The position numbers and the translations under genes were made by a program. A DNA stretch of 24,000 nucleotides, taken from contig CAWELU010000018.1 in the NCBI GenBank assembly GCA_963809965.1, positions 28,789 through 52,788 on the forward strand. The letters are read 5' to 3'. Position 1 is the first letter of the stretch; every line of letters starts with the position of its first letter. Of the stretch, positions 14,531-22,780 are shown piece by piece. The notes under the pieces are model-generated. The model saw only the letters and a list, made by a program, of their open reading frames with translations, did no database searches and had not been told where the DNA came from. The DNA comes from an uncultured beta proteobacterium (GTDB lineage: Bacteria; Pseudomonadota; Gammaproteobacteria; Burkholderiales; Casimicrobiaceae).

Positions 14531-15855
14531 CAGTAGTGTCCCAACGTTTTCTACGGGACGGCTCATAAGCCAAAGAACTGAAAGCGCTTTTTCATGATTT
14601 TGCTTGTTACCGACTTGAACCGCGGAAGCAAGGTTTGCGACCCTGCGAGGCAATCCATCGCGGGAGCAACGGATGTACGCAGGCAAGCTGGTGTTTGCGC
14701 AAGTCATGGAGCATCTGCCGCTGCACACCTTTCGCCGAATCGTCAGCCGCTATGCGGGCGAACGGAAGGTGAAGTCGTTCTCGTGCCTGGATCAGTTCCT
14801 GTGCATGGCGTTCGCACAGCTGACTTATCGCGAGAGCCTGCGCGATATCGAAGCCTGTCTGCGCGCGCAGCGCTCCAAGCTTTATCACCTTGGGATTCGG
14901 TCGGCGGTAGCGCGCAACACACTCGCCAACGCCAATGCCGTGCGCGACTGGCGCATCTACGCCGACTTCGCGCAGAGCCTGATCGCCATCGCCCGACCGC
15001 TGTATGTCGACGAGCCCTTTGGTGTCGATTTGAAGGAGTCGGTCTACGCCTTGGACACGACGACCATCGATCTGTGCCTGTCGGTGTTTTCGTGGGCACC
15101 CTTTCGCTCGACCAAGGCGGCGGTCAAACTGCACACGCTGCTCGATCTGCGCGGCAACATCCCGACCTTCATCCACATCAGCGACGGCAAGATGCACGAG
15201 GTCAACATCCTCGACCAGTTGTTGCCCGAGCCGGGTGCCTTCTACATCATGGATCGGGGCTTTCTCGACTTCGAGCGGCTGTACCGCTTTCACGAAGCCG
15301 GCAGCTTCTTCGTCACGCGCGGCAAGTCGAATCTCAAGGTCCAACGGCGCTACTCGCATGCGGTCGACCGCGCCACGGGGCTGATCTGCGACCAGACCGT
15401 CTTCCTCACGGGCTTCTACTCGCGCAAGGGCTTCGAGGCTCCGATGCGGCGCATTCGATTCAAGGATCCCGAGACCAACAAGACGCTGATCTTTCTCACC
15501 AACAACTTCGCCCTGCCGGCGCTCACCATCACCGAGCTTTACCGCTGCCGCTGGCAGGTCGAGCTGTTCTTCAAATGGATCAAGCAACATCTTCGGATCA
15601 AAGCCTTTTTCGGTACCTCGGAGAATGCCGTCAAGTCGCAGATCTGGATCGCGGTGTCCGTTTACGTCCTGGTGGCCATCGTCAAGAAACGGCTGCGCCT
15701 GCCGGCCAGCCTCTACGAAATCCTACAGATCTTGAGCCTGACCATGTTCGAACGAATCCCCTTGGATCAATTGCTTGCGCAAGCCGTGACCGATGACATG
15801 GGCCGCATTTCCGATAAGCAACTGATCCTGTTCGAATAACGTTGGGACACTACTG
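14531..15855 (+). mobile_element. IS4-family element, complete (1325 bp)
   Basis: Perfect 18-bp terminal inverted repeats: CAGTAGTGTCCCAACGTT at 14531-14548 and its reverse complement at 15838-15855. There is a 9-bp direct duplication agcggccat on both sides and a single intact transposase ORF. Composition is host-like, inside AT-richer DNA. Confidence 0.9.
14673..15839 (+). CDS. IS4-family DDE transposase (N-terminal DUF4372-like region plus DDE_Tnp_1-like core)
   Basis: 388-aa intact ORF. MYAGKLVFAQVMEHLPLHTFRRIVSRYAGERKVKSFSCLDQFLCMAFAQLTYRESLRDIEACL...ALDTTTIDLC...FYIMDRGFLDFERL...YRCRWQVELFFKWIKQHLRIKAFFGTSENAVKSQIW is a typical IS4-type YREK/DDE region. Confidence 0.9.
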   Translation: MYAGKLVFAQVMEHLPLHTFRRIVSRYAGERKVKSFSCLDQFLCMAFAQLTYRESLRDIEACLRAQRSKLYHLGIRSAVARNTLANANAVRDWRIYADFAQSLIAIARPLYVDEPFGVDLKESVYALDTTTIDLCLSVFSWAPFRSTKAAVKLHTLLDLRGNIPTFIHISDGKMHEVNILDQLLPEPGAFYIMDRGFLDFERLYRFHEAGSFFVTRGKSNLKVQRRYSHAVDRATGLICDQTVFLTGFYSRKGFEAPMRRIRFKDPETNKTLIFLTNNFALPALTITELYRCRWQVELFFKWIKQHLRIKAFFGTSENAVKSQIWIAVSVYVLVAIVKKRLRLPASLYEILQILSLTMFERIPLDQLLAQAVTDDMGRISDKQLILFE

Positions 15856-15864
15856 AGCGGCCAT
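15856..15864. repeat. Target-site duplication (right copy) of the IS4-family element
   Basis: agcggccat, identical to 14522-14530. Confidence 0.9.
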
Positions 15865-15909
15865 CAAGAAATACCCGGCTTACTTGGTCAAGGCAAGTGG
15901 TACCGACGA

Positions 15910-17019
15910 TCAATCCGCGAGCTGGGTATAGATCGCGTCGATCTTTAGTCGGTCCGCCAGGAATGCGTCCACGCATTTCGGGTCGAAGTGCTTCGCGCGC
16001 TGGCTCTTCAGGAATTCGATGCCTTCGTCCACCGGCCACGCGTGCTTGTACGGCCGCTCGCTGACGAGCGCATCGAAGACGTCGGCGACGGCGACTACGC
16101 GAGCGACGATTGGAATGTCCTCGCCGTGCAACCCGTTCGGGTAGCCGGTTCCATCGAATTTCTCGTGGTGCCCGAGCGCGATGATCGCCCCCATGCTCAG
16201 GTATTTCGATGGACTCCCTTTGAGAATGTCGTAGCCGATGCGTGGGTGGGCGCGCATCGTTTCCTGCTCGGACGCGCTGAGCGGTCCTTCCTTCAGCAGC
16301 ACGCTGTCCGGGATGCCGATCTTGCCGATGTCGTGCATCGGTGCCGCGACTTCGAGGACGTGGACGGTTTCGCCGCCCAGCCCCAGATGCTGGCCGATAA
16401 GCCCGGAATATTTCGCCATCCGCACCAGGTGATTGCCGGTCGTCTTGTCGCGGAATTCACCGGCCTTGGCGAGCTTCGACAACGTCTCCAACTCACGCTC
16501 GTGTATCTCGGCAACAGACTTGTCGACCTGGTACTGCAGCACGCGCGCCTGGTCGGACAGTACGATCTTGTGCCGGCGCAGCTCGAGCAGATTTGCGCAA
16601 CGGGCGCGCGTTTCGTGCTCGTCCAACGGCTTGATTAGGAAATCGGTAGCTCCCGCTTCGAGCGCGTCGTACCGGACGCGCCGGTCGTCAACCACGGTGA
16701 TCACGACGATCGGCACGTCGACGCAATGCGGCAAACCGCGGATCTGCTTGACCAGCTCGATGCCGTCAAACTCTGGGAGCTTGTAGTCGGTCAGCACCAT
16801 GTCCACGCGGTTATGCCGCGCGAATTCCAGCGCGCGGCTCGGCGTGTCGAAGAGCTCGAGGTTGAGCTTGCCGTCGATCTGCCTCACGATCTCCGCCAGC
16901 AGCAACCGGCTGCTGAACAGGTCGTCGACGATGACCACGGTGTTGCGTTGTGCTCGCGCGAGCGCGAGCTCGGAGATGACGCCGGTGAGGGTCGCGTGGC
17001 GTGGTTGGGCAGCGGACAT
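15910..17019 (-). CDS. Response regulator with HD-GYP output domain (RpfG-like, predicted c-di-GMP phosphodiesterase)
   Basis: 369-aa ORF; GGAGAG precedes the ATG at 17019. The receiver reads VVIVDD...MVLTDYKLPEFDG...FLIKP. The HD-GYP region reads APMHDIGKIGIPDSVLLKEGPLSASEQETMRAHPRIGYDIL...ALGHHEKFDGTGYPNGLHGEDIPIVARVVAVADVFDALVSERPYK. Confidence 0.9.
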   Translation of the reverse strand: MSAAQPRHATLTGVISELALARAQRNTVVIVDDLFSSRLLLAEIVRQIDGKLNLELFDTPSRALEFARHNRVDMVLTDYKLPEFDGIELVKQIRGLPHCVDVPIVVITVVDDRRVRYDALEAGATDFLIKPLDEHETRARCANLLELRRHKIVLSDQARVLQYQVDKSVAEIHERELETLSKLAKAGEFRDKTTGNHLVRMAKYSGLIGQHLGLGGETVHVLEVAAPMHDIGKIGIPDSVLLKEGPLSASEQETMRAHPRIGYDILKGSPSKYLSMGAIIALGHHEKFDGTGYPNGLHGEDIPIVARVVAVADVFDALVSERPYKHAWPVDEGIEFLKSQRAKHFDPKCVDAFLADRLKIDAIYTQLAD

Positions 17020-17204
17020 GGATTCTCTCCCCCGGGCGTACTACGTAACGCCTTGACTACGCAAGAAACATGCCCTCGATCCCGATTGGATTAATTCCGC
17101 ATCGCGACCGGACGGCAGATCGCTACCTTGTTACAAGCGGTCCTGTCCCAGAAGAAGGGCATCCGGTTCGGTGCTGTGGAGGGCCGCCGTGAGCAAGAAA
17201 CACA

Positions 17205-17237
17205 AGAGGCCGGTCCGGGACTCCGGAACCGGCCTCT
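17205..17237 (-). terminator. Candidate terminator downstream of tRNA-Pro
   Basis: Long interrupted hairpin: agaggccgg (17205-17213) pairs with ccggcctct (17229-17237), with an inner stem tccgg/ccgga. On the minus strand it is followed by ttgtgtttctt. Confidence 0.5.
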
Positions 17238-17243
17238 ATATTG

Positions 17244-17320
17244 TGGTCGGGGCGAGAAGATTCGAACTTCCGACCCCCTGCACCCCATGCAGGTGCGCTA
17301 CCAGGCTGCGCTACGCCCCG
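17244..17320 (-). tRNA. tRNA-Pro, anticodon GGG
   Basis: The minus strand reads CGGGGCG TA GCGC AGCCTGGTA GCGC A CCTGC ATGGGGT GCAGG GGGTC GGAAG TTCGAAT CTTCT CGCCCCG ACCA. This is a 77-nt cloverleaf with a 7-bp acceptor stem, a TTCGAAT T-loop, encoded CCA, and anticodon loop AU-GGG-GU. Confidence 0.93.
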
Positions 17321-17345
17321 ACGTGAAATGAAAATTATAGCCGGA

Positions 17346-17780
17346 TCAGCGATCATGGCCTAGTAGCTGACGTATTTTCTCCAGTTCGTGCCGGATTTCG
17401 GCGGCGCTGAGCGGCACCGTCGGTGCAACGGACTGCGCGGAATCTTCGCCGGACGGCCGCATTCCAGCCGGTTCATACCGTGCCGAGCTTGGCCCCTGCG
17501 CCGCGATCTCCGAATCGAGCCGGTGTCGCGCGCCGTTGATCGTGAACCCCTGCTCGTAGAGCAGGTCGCGGATGCGACGAATGAGCAGGACTTCGTGATG
17601 CTGGTAATAGCGTCGATTGCCGCGACGCTTCACCGGTTTCAGTTGTGTGAATTCCTGCTCCCAGTACCGGAGCACGTGCGGCTTGACTGCGCAAAGGTCG
17701 CTTACCTCGCCGATCGTGAAGTACCGTTTGGCGGGGATCGGCGGCAGCTCGACTTGGTTAGCTCGGCTGTGTTCCGGCAT
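17346..17780 (-). CDS. MerR-family transcriptional regulator (the conserved gene that follows ihfA)
   Basis: 144-aa [69 protein letters not shown] is a MerR-type winged HTH. It overlaps the ihfA 3' end by 23 nt. Confidence 0.8.
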   Translation of the reverse strand: MPEHSRANQVELPPIPAKRYFTIGEVSDLCAVKPHVLRYWEQEFTQLKPVKRRGNRRYYQHHEVLLIRRIRDLLYEQGFTINGARHRLDSEIAAQGPSSARYEPAGMRPSGEDSAQSVAPTVPLSAAEIRHELEKIRQLLGHDR

Positions 17781-18066
17781 GGTTCGCTGCTTCGACCATG
17801 GCCTTCAGTTTCTGGCTCGCGTGGAAGGTGACGACACGCCGGGCCGTGATCGGGATTTCCTCGCCGGTTTTCGGATTGCGCCCCGGGCGCTGCGGCTTTT
17901 CGCGCAGCTGGAAATTGCCGAAGCCGGACAGCTTGACGCTGTCTCCACGCTCGAGCGCGATCCGGATCTCCTCGAAGAAGTGCTCGACCATGTCCTTGGC
18001 TTCGCGCTTGTTTAGGCCGAGCTGCTCGAAAAGCAAGTCGGCGAGTTCGGCTTTGGTGAGCGTCAT
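17758..18066 (-). CDS. ihfA: Integration host factor alpha subunit
   Basis: The 102-aa [92 protein letters not shown] carries the IHF-alpha signature. It lies directly after pheT. Confidence 0.92.
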   Translation of the reverse strand: MTLTKAELADLLFEQLGLNKREAKDMVEHFFEEIRIALERGDSVKLSGFGNFQLREKPQRPGRNPKTGEEIPITARRVVTFHASQKLKAMVEAANHAGTQPS

Positions 18067-18074
18067 CGGAGATC

Positions 18075-20452
18075 CTACTGGCGGAGCGTGGCGCCGAACT
18101 TCTCGAACAGCACGCGCAGCAACTGGGCTACGGTAGCGTCGATCTCGGCGTCCGTCAAAGTACGTTCAGTATCCTGCATAAGCACCAGAATCGCAAGGCT
18201 TTTCTTTCCGGCACCGATCCCGGGTCCCCGATAGACGTCAAAGAGGCGGAACGCTATCCACCCGGGCCGATCGTGCCTCTTCGAGGGCCCGCAGAACTTC
18301 CCGGGCCGGCAGAGCGTCATCGACGACCACGGCGAGGTCGCGGCGGACAACAGGAAATTTCGAGACCGGTCGCGCCACGGGAAGCGGTCGCGACAGGAAT
18401 GGCGACAGCTCCACTTCGAACAGGGTCGGGGCGCGCGGCAGAGCGAAGTGCTTGACCAGACGCGGGTGCAATTCGCCCAGCCACCCGACGGCTGCGCCGC
18501 CAACGCTTACGCGGGCCGATCGCCCCGGATGCAGGATCGGGTGTTCAGCGCGATCCGTGGTGAGTAGCTGCGGGGCGGCCAATGCCTCGAGGTCCCCCTT
18601 GACGTCGAAAAGGTCGACCTCGCGCCGGGGTACGCCCCATTGCTCGGGATTGGCATCGCCATACGCAAGCCCGCCGATGCGCAGCGGTTGATCGTAATGA
18701 CCGTCCGCCCGCAGGAAACAGCGTCCGACCTCGAACACGCGGAGGCGGTCCTGCTTTCGCGCGAGATTGGTACCCAGCACCTCGATGAGGCCCCCGGCGA
18801 GCGTCGTGCGCATCACGTCGAGGTGGCTGGCGATCGGGATTCAACACCGCGATCGGCGCCGAACGCGCGTCGCGCCCCTGGAAGAGTGCGGCCTCCCGCT
18901 CCGAGCTGACAAACGTAAAGGTGATCACTTCCTGCCAGTCGCGCGCGGCGAGGCGGTGTTTGAGCCCGCTGGCCGTCGCCTTGGCTTCCGGTTCGGCGAG
19001 CATCGCCTGCACGTGGGCGGATGGCACCGCAGGAATGGCGTTGTATCCCCACAGGCGCGCGATTTCCTCGATGAAATCTTCCTCGATCGCGAGGTCGAAG
19101 CGATAGGAGGGTGGCATGACGAGGAAATCTTCACCCGTGCGCGCGCACTCGAGACCGAGTCGGTCGAGGAGTTCTTGGATCGTGTTGCTCGGGATGCCGA
19201 CTCCGAGCAGTCGGGCGACACGAGCCGGTCGCACCCGCACCGGATCGCGCCTCGGTAGGTTGCCCACCGATGTCGTCGAGCGGACCCGCGCGTCCACCGC
19301 AGAGCTCGATGATCAACTGGGTCGCGCGCTCGACAGCACGCGCCGCGTTGCGCGAAATCCACACCTCGCTCGAAGCGAAAGCCGGCGTCGCTGACGAACC
19401 CCAGCCGCCGCGACTTGCCCTGGATAACGACGGGATTCCAGAACGCGCCTTCGAGAAGGACCGTCGACGTCGTGTCGCTGATCCCGGAATGCTCGCCCCC
19501 CATGACGCCGGCCAGACCGAGCGGTTTCCGCTCGTCCGCGACCAGCAGCAGGTCGGGCTCCAGATCGAGCGTCTGCTCGTTGAGCAAGGTCAGCTGCTCA
19601 CCCGGGCGCGCGAAGCGGACCACGATGGCGCCTTCGAGCAGCCGATCGTCGTACGCGTGCAGCGGCTGACCAAGCTCGAGCATCACGTAGTTGGTGACGT
19701 CTACGACGGCCGAGATCGATCGGATGCCGCTGCGTTCCAGCCGTTCCCTCATCCATGGCGGGGTTGGCGCGCGCGGATCGATCGCCTCGATCGTGCGCGA
19801 GACAAAGCGCGGACAGGCGTCCGGATCCTCGACCCGAACGGGACGTCTCGCCGACGCTTGCGACCGGCGTCGCGCCGAATGCCGGAATCCTGAGCGGTGC
19901 GCGGGTAATGGCTGCGACCTCACGGGCGATGCCGACCAGTGAAAGGCAATCGGCCCGGTTGGGAGTCAGCTTGAGCGTTATCAGCGTGTCGTCGAGCGCG
20001 AGCACCACGCGAACATCCGCGCCGACCTCGGCATCGGCAGGCAACGCGAGCAATCCGGACGCATCGTCGGCGATACCGAGTTCCGCTGCCGAGCAGAGCA
20101 TCCCCTGTGACTCGACACCTCGCATCGAGACTGCCTTGATCGAGAGTCCGCCGGGCAGCCGGGCGCCGATCGTCGCGCAGGGCGCCTTCATGCCGACTGC
20201 GGCGTTCGGCGCGCCGCAGACGATCGGGAGCGGCAACGGACCGCCGATGTCCACCGTGCACACGCGGAGCCGATCGGCTGACGGGTGAGGCTCGATTCTC
20301 GTGATCCGTCCGACGACGACTCCTGCAAACGGCGGCGCGGCCCGCACGGCGTCCTCCACCTCGAGTCCCGCCATCGTAAGCGCGTTGCACAACGCGGCGG
20401 TGTCAAGCGGCGGATCGACCAGCGTTCGGAGCCAGCGTTCGGAAAATTTCAT
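18075..20452 (-). pseudogene. pheT: Phenylalanine--tRNA ligase beta subunit, colinear but broken by five frame shifts (genuine decay or sequence errors)
   Basis: Six consecutive ORF pieces join into a full PheT. They run [12 protein letters not shown]...[23 protein letters not shown] / [65 protein letters not shown] / RNAARAVERATQLIIELCGGRAGPLDDIGG / LPRRDPVRVRPARVARLLGVGIP...YRFDLAIEEDFIEEIARLWGYN / ASHLDVMRTTLAGGLIEVLGTNLARKQDRLRVFEVGRCF / [43 protein letters not shown]. Breaks lie near 19843, 19350, 19264, 18835 and 18262. Confidence 0.9.
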
Positions 20453-20464
20453 CGCTGCGCCTCG

Positions 20465-21526
<1,062 letters not shown>

Positions 21527-21545
21527 TCATTTTTCCGCTGGCTGA

Positions 21546-21902
21546 TCAGGCCAGAGAGGCTTTGGCCTGCTCCGCGATCTTGGTAAACGCCGCCTTGTCG
21601 TGGACGGCGAGATCGGCGAGCACCTTGCGATCGATGTCGATCGACGCTTTTTTCAGGCCGTTCATGAATACGCTGTAGCTCATGCCGAGCTCACGGACGG
21701 CCGCGTTGATCCGCGCGATCCAGAGCGCGCGAAACTCACGCTTCTTGGCCCGGCGGTCGCGGTAGGCGTACTGGCCGGCCTTCATTACCGCTTCCTTGGC
21801 GATGCGGTAGACGGCGTTGCGGCGGCCGCGGTAGCCGGCCGCCTGGGAAAGAACCTTCTTGTGCCGCGCCCGGGCGGTTACTCCACGTTTAACTCGTGGC
21901 AT
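21546..21902 (-). CDS. rplT: 50S ribosomal protein L20
   Basis: 118-aa [68 protein letters not shown]... Confidence 0.95.
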   Translation of the reverse strand: MPRVKRGVTARARHKKVLSQAAGYRGRRNAVYRIAKEAVMKAGQYAYRDRRAKKREFRALWIARINAAVRELGMSYSVFMNGLKKASIDIDRKVLADLAVHDKAAFTKIAEQAKASLA

Positions 21903-21917
21903 GGTCCGGTGCCTCCC

Positions 21918-22115
21918 TTACGCGTACGGCAACATGGCCTTCACCGAATCCGCGTTGGTGCTGTGGACTCCGATGATGCCGCGCAGTTGCCGCTTGTTCT
22001 TGGTCGTCCTCTTCGTGAGGATGTGGCGCTTGTTCGCCATCGCGCGCTTGACGCTGCCGCTTCCGCGGACGCGGAAGCGCTTCTTCGCGCTGCTCTTCGT
22101 CTTCATCTTGGGCAT
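21918..22115 (-). CDS. rpmI: 50S ribosomal protein L35
   Basis: 65-aa [46 protein letters not shown]... Confidence 0.95.
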   Translation of the reverse strand: MPKMKTKSSAKKRFRVRGSGSVKRAMANKRHILTKRTTKNKRQLRGIIGVHSTNADSVKAMLPYA

Positions 22116-22126
22116 GAACCCGTCCC

Positions 22127-22726
22127 TTATTTGCTGCCCACCGCGGTGCTCTCCGGCGGAGAGACTTTCTTACCGGGGTCGGGCTTGGTCGGTGGATGCG
22201 CTTTCGGCACCACCTTCTTCGGGGCCAGCAGCATCACCATCTGCCGTCCCTCGAGCCGAGGCCAGGACTCGACGACACTGTAGGGCTCGAGATCGTTCCG
22301 GATCCGTTCCAGGAGTCGGATCCCGAACTCCTGGTGCGCCATTTCCCGGCCGCGGAATCGCAGCGTGATCTTCGCCTTGTCGCCTTCGCCCAGGAATCGG
22401 ATCAGGTTCCGCAGTTTGATCTGGTAGTCGCCTTCGTCAGTGCCGGGCCTGAACTTCACTTCCTTGACCTGGATCTGCTTCAACTTGAGCTTGGCCTCGT
22501 GCTGCTTCTTCGCCTCGCGATACTTGAACTTGCCGAAATCCATGATTCGGCAAACCGGAGGTTTGGCCATCGGCGCGATCTCGACCAGATCGAGCTCCGC
22601 CGCCTCGGCCTTCGCCACCGCTTCTCCGAGCGGCACGATACCGAGCTGCTCGCCGTCTTCACCTACCAGCCGGATTTCGGGAGAGGTGATCTCGCCGTTG
22701 ATCCGCTGCGCTCTGTCCTGAACTAT
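22127..22726 (-). CDS. infC: Translation initiation factor IF-3, non-canonical ATA start, Lys/Pro-rich C-terminal tail
   Basis: The conserved N-terminus [50 protein letters not shown] lies upstream of the first canonical in-frame start (GTG at 22636). The only plausible initiator is the ATA at 22724-22726, 7 nt after GGGAGA. The thrS TGA is in the same frame 57 nt upstream, with no ATG/GTG/TTG in between. Confidence 0.85.
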   Translation of the reverse strand: MVQDRAQRINGEITSPEIRLVGEDGEQLGIVPLGEAVAKAEAAELDLVEIAPMAKPPVCRIMDFGKFKYREAKKQHEAKLKLKQIQVKEVKFRPGTDEGDYQIKLRNLIRFLGEGDKAKITLRFRGREMAHQEFGIRLLERIRNDLEPYSVVESWPRLEGRQMVMLLAPKKVVPKAHPPTKPDPGKKVSPPESTAVGSK

Positions 22727-22780
22727 CGCTGTGTCTCCCAGTGAACGAAAAACAAACCGTGCAACCCGTTGCGCGCCATC

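Noticed and set aside
14594-15796. 400-aa plus-strand ORF and 327-aa minus-strand ORF (14607-15590)
   Set aside because: Alternative-frame and antisense shadows of the IS4-family transposase gene (14673-15839), which alone carries transposase motifs.
15988-16786. 216-aa and 117-aa plus-strand ORFs
   Set aside because: Antisense to the REC/HD-GYP response regulator gene, with no motifs.
17040-17200. Promoter for the HD-GYP regulator (TTGCGT...TAGTAC-like hexamers on the minus strand)
   Set aside because: The hexamers are weak, with uncertain spacing. They cannot be supported without transcript start data.
18238-19923. Treating the 332-, 250-, 192- and 142-aa minus-strand ORFs as separate genes
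   Set aside because: They are consecutive, colinear pieces of a single pheT. Each ORF's non-homologous head or tail is out-of-frame read-through.
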